NCBI GenBank assembly: GCA_965645245.1
Contig: OZ287087.1
Span: forward strand, 744,001-808,000
Reading direction: 5' to 3'
DNA from: Massalongia carnosa
Taxonomy: Eukaryota
Length of the DNA: 64,000 nucleotides
The stretch's first letter is position 1. The number at the start of each line of letters is the position of its first letter. Below, piece by piece: positions 24,331 through 35,289 of this stretch. The translations under genes and the position numbers were made by a program. Under the pieces are notes generated by a model that did no database searches, had not been told where the DNA came from, and worked only from the letters and a program-made list of their open reading frames with translations.

Positions 24331-26590
24331 CCCACCATAGATATCTCGCTGCTGAGTTTGACAGATCTTGGTTTTGGAACCAGTGTTCCGGTGGTTCACC
24401 GATTGTGCCCCGTGGGCTAATGTCAAGTCCTGTAGTAAAGGATAGTTGTCAGCAATTTTGTTCCATTGACCGCGGGAAAGCATATTTGCCAGAGTATTCT
24501 CTCTTGATGAGATCCAGTGTGATTCAATGACGATGTCATGTAATGCTAGTAGCATGGCAATATCCCGTAGGGGTTTCATGGCCGGGCCGCGTATGGAGCC
24601 GTTGCGTAGTCCATTTACGACCGCTTGATTGTCGCCATATATGACGAGTTTGCATCCTTTAAAAATAGATAACCGTTTGCGCAGTGCGTGTAATACAGCC
24701 ATCATTTCTTTGACATTGATATGTTTCTTCATGTCTCTGGACGAGGTCCTTATCGAGAATACTTCGGCGGACGAGACTAGAGATTCCTTTGAATGTCCTT
24801 CATCGATCGTTCCGACTATTTCGCTATGCGCCATGCGTGACGCGGCATGTTCCCGGACGAGGTCCGGTGAACCTTTGATACCTCGAGCAGATGCAGCGAG
24901 AAATTCTTTGGAATTTTCTTCGTCTGTCATCCCGGCCATCCGCATCGAAGACACTTCGGCAGATACCTCCAGAAAGTCGCTGTAATTTCCTTCTTCGGTT
25001 ATCTCGGTTGTCTCGGACTTAAAGGTGCGCATTGCGATGTCCCGGGACGAGGTCCGTATGGCTGACCTCTCGGCAGGTGTGACTAGGAATTCGTTGAAAT
25101 TCTCGTCGTCTATCACCCCGACTATCCTCTGAGACTGCGAGACCCGGACATCTTGTATCCTTAACTCGTTGTCTGAAGACGTCTCGAAAGAGATTGAGTT
25201 CTTCTTCTTTGAAGGCATCCAATGCGAGGGTCTCGTGAGAACACCTCGTCTTGGGAGAGATACCTCGGCAAACGCACGCTGTGTTTCGGTTGTCTCTAGT
25301 GTTTGTGTATTTGAATGACGAGAAAGCGTGCCCGCTTCGGTGGAGTGTGGGGTTCGGTACACCGAATAGTACCCGCCCATTCCCCATGTTCCCGAAGCGT
25401 CTGTCCATAGACGAATTTCCTCTCTATTCAGCGATCGTAAGATTTGAACGCCGTTCTATCGGGGCAAGAAGTATTGCCACCATAATAGATCTAGCATGTC
25501 GCCGGCTATGCGGATCCGACCCGTGTCTTCGCCGAGGGCGGTAAATAGGCGGCGTAAAAAGGCTCTGCCTGGTTTGACCACTTTGGCCGCAAATGATAGA
25601 AACCCCAGAAGGGAACGTAGTTCGTCTTTGGACATATAGTCTTGCGTCAATGCGCTGTTGACCCATTCGATGGCCTTTTTTAATTTGTCGGGAGGTAGGC
25701 GGGCTTCCATGCGTTGGGTGTCTAGTGTTAACCCGAGAAAATCGCAGATTTGCCCCGTCTCTCCCTTTGATGCGTTTATACGCATGCCCAACTCGTCGCA
25801 CAACGTGTCGAACGCGGACTCGTAACAGGATTCCTCCTCGTTCGTCTTGACAATCGCGAGGAAGTCATCTAAATAATGTAGGACTAGCCAATTCTGAACG
25901 ACTAATATCCAGTTTATTCCCTTCGCGAAGAGATCGAAGATAAATTGGGAGGTACGAAGACCAAATGGGAGGAAGATGTCCATCCAATAAGAATTGTTCC
26001 ACTGAAAACCCAGTAGCCACCAGTCCGCTCTTGCGACGGGTATGTGCCGGAAGGCGTCCGCGAGGTCGCGTTTTATGAGGTATGCTCCTCGTCCGACGTC
26101 AAGAAGAGCTTCTAGTGCTTCGTCAAATGATGTATACTCTAGGGAGCCCCATTCAGCGGGAATGTGATAATTGACCGAGCCCTTGCGTGGATGAGACAGA
26201 TAATGAATTCTTCGCTATTTGCCATTGGTCTTGGGGACGAGACCTAGTGGGGAGGAATACAGTGAGGCGGTGGTTCCCGTACGGGTACTAAACGGTGATG
26301 TTGAATCTGTTCGTCCAGATCTTTGGACAACACCTCGGGTGCATCTTTGGCAGAAGATAGGTTCGGGCTTACGATACGCTGTTTTGGCCCTGTGTAGCCA
26401 ATCCTTGCCCCACATCGAATGATGTTAAGAATTGTCCTTCTATAGACACACTCTGGATGTTTCTCCAATCGTCGTTTCCATCCCGCTGACTTAAGTGGGC
26501 ATCGTACCTCGTCCGCATCCGCGTCGGTGTCTATCCGATATGGAAAACCCTCGGAAATGAACGAGAGAGCGCTTGAGACGGATAGTCAAC
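24325..26590 (-). pseudogene. RT-RNase H of the YR retrotransposon
   Basis: SPLGLVPK, LPFGLRTS, LHYLDDFL, WTDASG, HINVKEM, YGDNQAV; some frameshifts and stops. Confidence 0.88.
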
Positions 26591-27553
26591 TGGGCTTGCT
26601 TTGCTGTGGAGGATATGGATTGACGCGCATGCGACAATCGCGTTGCGTATGCTGGCGTCCGCATGACGCGCAAACGTGACGAAATGCGCAGTTGCTTGGA
26701 CAATCGCCGCCGTTGTTGTATCGTCTGCACGCTGCTATGCCGCGTTGATCGTCTTGACTTGACATGCGTTGAACGAGCGAATTCGTGCTCTGTGTTCGAC
26801 GAAGATTGGGGCCAGCGTTGTAATCGATTTTTCGACTGAGATTTCGTTCTACTAAACCTCTGTTCGGGGTCCGCCAACCGCGCGGGTCGTCCACGCCCTC
26901 GACGAGGCGGGCTTTATGAAAGCCGAAGTGGAATTGACGAATTGATTCGAACGTGTATAGAAGAGACCATCCTAGCAATTGATCGATGTAGACGTGCATT
27001 GCCGCTTGTAGTTCCATTTGTGTGCCCGCGTGAGCGATGTGAATGACGATTTGACAGTATATGAGAAACGCGCGAAGAAGATGTGTGATTCCTCGTGCGT
27101 CTGAGGCCAGGGCGTCCTCTTCCCGATATTCCACCTCAGTCGACCCGATTCTTAGATATTTGTTTTTGGGCTGAACCGACTCGTATTTGGTCGACAGCTT
27201 CATAATATTCTCCACTTTGAACTTGTTGTCACGGATGTTTTTGAAGTGCTCCGTGTCTACCATTGGAAATCGAGCTATCAGAGAATGAAACATAGGAGAC
27301 GCACCCTCAGCATGAAATGTCGCGAACGCGCTCGGTCTCGCTGGTAGTATTAAAGAATTTGTGGGTGGTGCGGATTCTGTGCGTGACGGCACCGCTTCGT
27401 CTCTGAGACGCTGTATCTCGCGTTCGAGCTCTGCCTCCTCTTGCTCGATTTCTCTGGCTTTTGCTTCGGCTCGTAGTCTTTCGGCTTCCGCCCTGAGGGC
27501 CGCGCGACGGTCTGGAGGCGGGATTGCCTCGGGGGAGGAGTGGCGTGACTCAA
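26586..27553 (-). CDS. Gag-like ORF with C-terminal Cys/His finger
   Basis: CRRYNNGGDCPSNCAFRHVCASCGRQH; start position uncertain. Confidence 0.7.
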
Positions 27554-27732
27554 TTTTCTATTGTGGCCTCTCTAGAGTCTGATTGAGGTGAGACTCGGGC
27601 TCCCCGGCCGCGTGTGCCTCTGCCTCGACCCCGACTGCCGGTCGCACCACGGGGAGGAATCGTCTGGCGATTCTCTCGCCCGCTTTGACTGCGTGTAATC
27701 ATGATGTGAATAGAATATGAATAATATGTTTG

Positions 27733-27757
27733 CGTGTGTGTGAGTGTGTGTGTGTGT
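27733..27757. repeat. (GT)n microsatellite in the YR element leader
   Basis: Visible dinucleotide run with one interruption. Confidence 0.8.
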
Positions 27758-28141
27758 AGAAACAGCGAAACACGATTTTTGATGAGTGTTGATAAGGAAA
27801 GAGAGAAGAGATGAGGGGATGGAGGAGGTGAAGAGTTTTATACCTCCCTGCTAGCGTCAGGCCCTATCCCGCTTACACTCCTGGTGCCGTCCGTCACGGT
27901 AACAACTTCACTAGCCCCCAGCAAGCTGGTGCGTTTTAGTGTCGTGCTACGCCAGATCAGATTCGAGTGTCGAACACGCGATCAATTCGAATTGCCCGAT
28001 CGAACAAGCGTCATATTCAAAAACGTTCGATGTGATCGAATCGAGAGCTCGAGCCAAATTCAAATCCAATTCTTCGATTATTTTAATTGCGCTCGTTGAT
28101 TAACAGTATTTAATATCGCTGTAACATTATGCTTTGAATTA

Positions 28142-28258
28142 TTTTATGATATTTTTGAAAATTAGTCATAAAAACTCTATAAACGAATACAATAAAGATA
28201 AAGAGAAATAAAAACAATCGACAATCAGAATCTGCTTTTATATATCTTCTGCTGCTTT
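28142..28258. repeat. AT-shifted remnant of the LTR family at 49771-50026
   Basis: Shares aaacgaatacaataaagat...gacaa...gaa.ctgc...tatatatc with many G>A and C>T differences. Confidence 0.6.
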
Positions 28259-28278
28259 TGTTGAATATCCAACTCATA

Positions 28279-30304
28279 CAGTGAACCCTGGTTAAAACGA
28301 ACCTTTTTCCAACGAATTCGGCTTATAACAAATTTTTTTCATGGATGAGCGATTCTTGTAAGTAAAATAACGAATGTCGGCCTATTGCGAATTCGTAAGC
28401 AATTTTAGAAAGTTTCTTAGTGATTCGCTATAACTAGACCTCGGCAATTACCCTTTTAGGATTAGCTGATAAAAATTCTTGATACGTAGTACTACATGCT
28501 GCGCATCCTATCGATAGATAACATATCCTTTTAATAACCAACAACTTATCATGAATTCTTCCTCCAAAAAACGTCGTCGACCTATCACAGATGCAGAAAA
28601 ACACGCGCTTCGTCAGTATGTTCAGAATAATTTCGTTAAAAGACCTTTCGGCAAAGCTCTTCAAGTCTGGTTTGAAGCTGAATTCGGTCATACACCTTCG
28701 GAATCTACAATATCGGATATTCTTTTCTCGAAAATACGATCGTTTAAATGAGAAGGAGACATTTCAACCTGATATCAAAAGATTGAAAGCTTCTTTTTGG
28801 CCGGATCTTGAAGCGGCTTTTTTCGAATGGCAACAACGAATGCAGACAAAGCAGGCGACTGTGACGGGAGAGTTATTGAAGGAGATGGCAAAGAAAATCT
28901 GGACAAGACTTCCTCAATACTCTCATGAAGAAATGCCCAAATTTTCTAACGGTTGGCTAGATGCTTTTAAAGCTCGTCATTCCATCTCCTTTCGTATTCG
29001 ACATGGAGAAGCGGCATCAGTTGACAAGGAGACAGTGGAAGAAGAATTGAGGGACTTGAGAATTAAGTTGGCTCCGTACGATCAAGACGATATATACAAC
29101 ATGGATGAGGCTGCCTTGTATTGGAAGATGAATCCAAATGGAACGTTGGCTACAGCTTCATCTGTTGGATTGAAGCTTGAGAAAGCTAGAATAACCGTTA
29201 ATTTTTGCGTTAATGCAACGGGCACTCATAAACTTCCACTTTTGTTCATTGGTACGGCAAAAACACCTCGCTGTTTTACGCGTGAGAGGATCAACGTTAG
29301 CAACCTGAATATGCTATGGCGAAGCAATAGAAAGGCATGGATGACGGGAGTATTATTTCAAGAGTATTTGCAATGGTTTAGTCGTCAAACAAATCGCAAA
29401 GTAGTCTTGCTAGTCGATAGATTTTCAGCTCATATTGCTGGCTATCGTCAGTATTCAGAATCAAATCCTGAATCAAACGTTAAAGTGATATTTCTTCCTG
29501 CCAATGCTACAAGCATCTGTCAACCATTGGATCAAGGCATCATCAAGACGTTTAAGGCTCACTACAAGCGAAAATGAAAAGCCTTTTTATGTGATCATAT
29601 GATGCGGATAAAGATCCTTTTAAGAACATGCATATTTGCAAGCTATTCATTGGTCAATGACTGCTTGGAAGTATGACGTCAAACCCGCTACTATCGTCAA
29701 CTGCTGGATTAAGTCTTTGGTATTCTCAGCAAATTACGGACCTACTACGCAATTGCAAGCGAAGAAAATAGGCTGGACGAAAGAAAAGGGTTGGTCGAAG
29801 GCAGTTGATCAAGAGACGGAAGACTACAATCAACTAGTAAAAGAGATGAGCACTACATTGCAGCAGTTGAAGAAGAATGATCGCATTCAAGACGTCATAA
29901 GTATTGAACGATGTCTCAATCCCGCGGAAGAAATCATTGAGGATGATGATGATGACATTCTTGATACTATTGTGGATACATACGCCGAGGGTCAAATTGA
30001 AGAATCGGATGAAGATGAGATCGTCAAACCTACAGTGAAATACTCTGAAGCTATTCAAGCTTTGAGAATACTACGTACATTTCATGAGCAACAGGAAGAT
30101 GACGACATCGATCTGATTCAACGTTTGAATGCTTCGGAGCAGGTTATGCTAAATGGGGAAATCAATACTAGAAAGCAGATGACCATTACCAGCTATTTTA
30201 GGTAGAAAATGAGATGTTTTCGTAGAAATTAAGGTTATAACGAAAACTGGTTATAACGAATTTTTTTCATGGAATCATCGATTCGCTATAGCCAGGGTTC
30301 ACTG
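28279..30304 (+). mobile_element. pogo/Tigger-like DNA transposon
   Basis: TA TSD; TIRs cagtgaaccctgg; subterminal ttataacgaa repeats. Confidence 0.92.
28551..30205 (+). pseudogene. CENP-B-like transposase, frameshifted
   Basis: FSNGWLDAFKARH, YNMDE, LLVDRFSAH, QPLDQGII. Confidence 0.9.
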
Positions 30305-30481
30305 TATCAGTACAATAAACATAGCATTTAGTAAACCGTAGAAGCCGCATTAGGCCTAGTCCCAAGATGAGATAAAGTTTTCCTCGCTTAACATAAGGTG
30401 ACCAGTAATAGGATAAGGACTGCTGAAAAGCACCCTTTATGATTAATATCCCGGTTATATATACACTTATTATTATATATT

Positions 30482-31189
30482 TGTTGAATATCCAATTCCT
30501 ACAAGCACAATGAACACCTATCAGTACGATGAACATAGCATCTACTGCTGCCCTAGCACGCGGGTGAAAAAAAAAGATGCAACGTGGGCCGAGGTTACCC
30601 CATGATCACCCCACCAAAAACCCTTCCAATCCCCCCTAAATTCCATCTAAAAATTACTAATTTACACAGTTATTGCACCGTGACTGTCAATGACAGCTTT
30701 ATTTGCGACCTCGAGTGTCATTTATTTCTAACCCTTTATATTCTGCTCTTTCAGATCTAACATCAAATTCTTTGAAAATATCGCGCACGTCGTATGAAAT
30801 ATCTTTAGAAGAAAGATATTAATGCGCGCCTTGCAATTTAGCCTTCAGAGGAGTATCATAATGTAGCATCACGTTTGAAAAGATGGGATTTTGTTTGATT
30901 ATTTAGAAGATTTCGGTGGGGTGGTCTGGGGTTAACCTCGGCCCACGTTGCATCTTTTTTTTTCACCCGCGTGCCTAGATGGGCAGATCATCTACGGAAA
31001 CCGTAGATGCCGCATCAGGCTTAGTCCCAACATAAGATAAGATCACCTCGCTTAGAAGGGGGTGACCAGTAATAGGAAAAGATTGCTGACTAGCAACTCT
31101 TCATCCTTAACATCACGGTCATACATACCTTTATTATTATATAGCCATATAGCCATAGTCATATACCTATTTCAACAGGTTATGAGCCC
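30482..31189 (+). repeat. Copia 5' LTR copy b plus PBS
   Basis: tgttgaa...ttcaaca termini (30482-31177) followed by ggttatgagccc; no gag follows. Confidence 0.85.
30557..30973. mobile_element. MITE of the CACGCG-terminus family
   Basis: TIRs with ~40 bp near-perfect match (cacgcgggtgaaaaaaaaagatgcaacgtgggccgaggtta); cctag on both sides; AT-rich non-coding core. Confidence 0.88.
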
Positions 31190-31430
31190 GGAAGGGTGCT
31201 ATCAATTTAAAAGAATCGAAGCTTTTAATCCGCAGCATCGCAGTTCAATCAGCTAAGCATCGTTCCTATGCAATGAATCGTAGACACATGACTAAAATCT
31301 TTCTGTGTCTTTAGAAACGATCCCTTAAATCACATCAATCAGTTCTCTCTTCTGTACACTGCGATTTCTTGTCGGAAGCACAAAAACTGCGTGTTAGAAA
31401 GAGCATGAACACATTGAGCGTACTACACCG

Positions 31431-31729
31431 AAGCCCTCGGACACCAAAGAGCTTGCTAAGCTCGATGGTCGAAGGCACTCAAGTCCTCGGACACCAAAAG
31501 AGCATGCAATGCTCAATGGTCGAAGGCTCTCAAGTCCTCGGACACCAAAGAGCTTGCTAAGCTCGATGGTCGAAGGCAATCAAGTCCTCGGACACCAAAG
31601 AGTTTGCTAAGCCCGATGGTCGAAGGCACTCAAGTCCTCGGACACCAAAGAGCTCGCTAAGCTCGATGGTCGAAGGCACCGAAGTCCTCGGACACCAAAA
31701 GAGCTCGCTAAGCTCGATGGTCGAAGGCA
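31431..31729 (+). repeat. Tandem array, about 6 copies of a 50-bp unit
   Basis: Unit aagtcctcggacaccaaagagcttgctaagctcgatggtcgaaggcactc; a further degenerate copy near 31830-31876. Confidence 0.92.
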
Positions 31730-32629
31730 AAAAAATTATATTGCTGGCCCTGAGCGCCCCATTGGTTCAAAAATCATCAAAGCGTCAGTTTCACCCATGG
31801 TTGAGTTCTGGACACGCAAAAAATACAAAATCCCTCGGACATCAAAGAGCTTAGTAAACTCATTGATCGAAGGCATAAAGACCTTTCTTTTTGGCAATTA
31901 TGCCTCCTTAAGGCACTAGATGAGATTGTGCGGCAGTTGCCTCTTATTATTTAACCGGCCTAAGGCCGGTGGATACATGTCAAGTTAACTAAAAACGTTG
32001 CGTTTTCACCACCCCTGTGTGTAGCGCGCTAACCAAAAACCTGCCGGATATCACAGCAGTGCCGGCCCCGGCGGGGGCGTGTAGGTGAGTTCTTCTAGGT
32101 CCATTTTGGCACAACGGCTAGCAATTCAAAGGTGGAAAATTGAAATCACCATGAGACCTGTTTAGCTTGAAACCTGGGAATCTTTTCAGTGTCAAAAATA
32201 GGCTCCTGTGCGATCCTGTGGAGCCTTCGCGCATCAAAGACAAGAAGAGGGCATCGCTAAGGGTACCGAACCAACTTTATTACCCGAATAATACCTGAAT
32301 TATACCCGAGCACGAGTATTAGTTTTCGAATACCTAGAGCCGAAGGGAGCTCGTGGTACTTGACAGTCAACAATTGACCTATCTCATTCATTGGTCAAAT
32401 CCCTCTAAGGATTTTTCGGGTGCTGAGTAACGAGACCAATCACTTATCATTCGACCCACGCTAGCGGGAATGGGGACACGCGTCTTGACCCCAATCATCT
32501 TTGCTTCAATCACAACCTTCAACCTTTTCTTAAGTATATCTGTCTGGAACTGAATGCTCATATGTGTAAGAGAGATTAGAAAACAGTCTCGCTCTCGCAC
32601 TTGGTCTCTTATCATTAGATATTGTTCAT

Positions 32630-34609
32630 ATGTCGACCTCTCTAGACGATGAGCCACCAAGCCTTGAAGAGAACGATCACCTTCTCGCTTCCTCCAGCTA
32701 TCCTATGGATATTCTGAAAGGCGCAACTGCGCGATATCGTGATGGAATCGAAGATGCAAATCGTCGAATCTCGCAAGCTCAGGAGGAATGTTTTCCCACT
32801 GCCCGCCCGAACATTATAGATTCTCGTCATGGTGGACCAAAGAAGTCAGCAGTGCGTATCTTTTACGCTCTTTGCAGGTGGGTAAAAGGCCCTCGACCAC
32901 CTCGACCATTCAAAATAAAACCCATCTTGCCACAGCTTCAGAACGTCCCTCTAGCCTTTCTTCAGAGTTATTTCCCTGGGCGACAACAGAAATTCTGGCT
33001 ACTTACAATATCTTATCTCTTATGGGTAAGTTTATTCTTGGGCGTCTTGTCTATCTCGATATCTGGATGTCAAGTCCCTGGATACAGAACCCCAGTTCGA
33101 CTTTCTTGTGTCTCAAGATTCTGGTAAGCGCGTCACCGCACTTCTATCCTCGCGCTGGCTGACTTTCTCAGGCGCAGTAGCACCTTTTGCGGTGTAGACG
33201 CATCCAATTGTCGCCCGTTCCATAACGTAACGTTTGCTTTTCGCTGCCCAGCTGATTGCCGAGGAACTATAATTTCTTCTCCGGAAACGATTGGTGACAA
33301 GGAATACAACTATCGGAGCATCGTTGTTGGTGGTTCAACACTAGCAGCGAATTCGAGTCTGCCAATCTATCGTGGGGATTCTTTCATCTGCGGAGCAGCA
33401 ATTCACGCTGGGATCTACAGCAATCACGATGGCGGAAGTGGTATTGTGTCCCTGGTTGGAGAACATAATGACTTCCCAGCTATTGAAGCGAACGGCATAT
33501 CGAGCCTTAATTTCACCCCTAGCTTTCCCCTGTCGTTCACCTTCTTGAATAACGCTGGTGGGAATACAGCTCAATGCAACGACCCTCGGTGGAGGCTGCT
33601 TGTTATCACAGTGCTCTTCACGGTCACGGTATCCATATTTACCACGTCACCGTCAGTGTTCTTTGGTTCTTCGTTTGTCAGTATATACTTCTACGTTGCG
33701 CTAGCATCAGATCCTCCTGACTTTGAAGATTACATGTCCGTCTTCTCATGGGCCTTTCGTGGATTCCTCCCTGCAGTATTCGTTGGACTCGTCATTTATC
33801 ATTTTTGCATCCACCACAGCCTCAACCGCTTGACCGCACAAATTGAGAAGACTATTCTATGGCTTGGAGGTTGCTGGCTTGGCGCGTCCAGTAACCTCAC
33901 CTTTGAGAGGCTGCCTATCCAGCGTCTGACGCTCCACGACCTTCAGCAACCGGGGGCAATACCTACCGTGGTAATAATTGTCCTCGCTGTCCTTTTCATT
34001 GCGATCTTCCAGGCCTGGGCGTTTAGGATTGAAGGTAGAATGCCTCGATACCTAACTTTCTACGCCGGGCTTGGCCTGCTGATTCTAGCGCTGGTGGCAA
34101 TCCCGCACACGAACGTTCGAATCCATCACTATATCTTGGCACTGTTACTTCTCCCGGGCACAACACTGCAGACCCGCCCAAGTCTTTTATACCAAGGCCT
34201 CCTCGTGGGCTTGTTCATCAACGGAATCGCGCGCTGGGGCTTCGATAGCATCCTGCAAACACCCAGAGAATTGTTCGGGGACGACTTCAACAGCCCGATC
34301 CCCCAAATTGCTATGCCCATTGTCGATAGCATTAACAATAGCATCACCTTCTCATGGAGTAATATGCAAAGCGGACACGATGGCATGAGCGTCTTAGTTA
34401 ACGATATCGAACGCTTCCGTGCCTCCGAAGATTATGACGAAGATTCATTTACATGGACATGATATAAAGAGGCGGATCCCGAGTACTTCCGTTTCGCTTA
34501 TGTGAAATACGAGCCTTTAGTCGAAAGTTCCGTGGGAAAGTTCACGAAGCCTGGAACTTGGGAATCGGACGGCACTTGGATTCCTCCTAAGCTCGGACCG
34601 GTTGGGTAG
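32630..34609 (+). CDS. LCCL-domain multi-pass membrane protein with a premature stop near the C-terminus
   Basis: Exon 32630-33123, intron 33124-33171 (gtaagc...gctgac...cag), exon 2 with FRCPADC and YRGDSFICGAAIHAG, several hydrophobic helices; TGA at 34460 with the frame continuing to TAG 34609. Confidence 0.85.
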
Positions 34610-35289
34610 ACAACGTCTCTGAATTTCACAACTTGATAATCATGGATCAGGCTTCGAATATAGGGGCCACAAGTGGCTTAGTGCTGTCCTCGATAGCCTA
34701 TCACGGCCACCTACCGTTGGTATTAGCTTCACTACATACATGGGCCTCCAACCATTTATGGTTTAGTTAGCGTCTGCTGTCATCAACCAAGCGTGAATAG
34801 GTCATCGAGATGACTGAGCGGAAGGACTTTCGCCTCTCCAAATGAATTGCTTCAGCCTATACAAACCCTCACTCTTGCAGTCAACCACTGACAGACTCGA
34901 TCATTCATACGATGATCATCACAGTCGCTGAGGCGCGAGACCAGAAGCAGAAAGCATCAACTTTCCATGAACGGCAAGTATGAAGATTTTTCTTTGAAGT
35001 TAAAGCACAAGCACAAGCACTACTTAATCGTACGAGATGTGTACAATATCTGAACAAGACTTGCACTTCTACGCAGTGTTCAGGACAAGTCTCTTGTATG
35101 AAGACTGAAATCAAACAAGTAAATTAGATTAAAACAAGCAACGGGAGTGTAATATAATATGAAATTCTATAATGAATCGTACGGGTGAATAACGCAAGCT
35201 CGTGTTGTGACAGTGAATATCATCGAGTGCAGTCTTCAAGCTCACTTATTTTTTTCTCCTTTCTTTCTTTCATCAGCGTCCTCATCACT

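Larger units (their letters stand above)
23132..27934 (-). mobile_element. Tyrosine-recombinase retrotransposon (Ngaro/DIRS-like)
   Basis: gag, RT-RNase H and YR in order; ends defined by homology with 51809-52203; no TSD. Confidence 0.9.
28259..30481 (+). repeat. Copia LTR copy a, split by pogo, 3' end missing
   Basis: Starts tgttgaatatccaa; 30305-30481 aligns with LTR copy b. Confidence 0.7.

Noticed and set aside
27935..28100. TCGA-rich stretch resembling hAT subterminal repeats
   Set aside because: No partner TIR, TSD or transposase found.
31431..31729. CRISPR-like array
   Set aside because: Units are contiguous with no unique spacers, there are no cas genes, and the context is eukaryotic.
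31953..31969. Hairpin accggcc-taa-ggccggt as an element end or terminator
   Set aside because: Isolated 7-bp stem with no associated element; could be chance.
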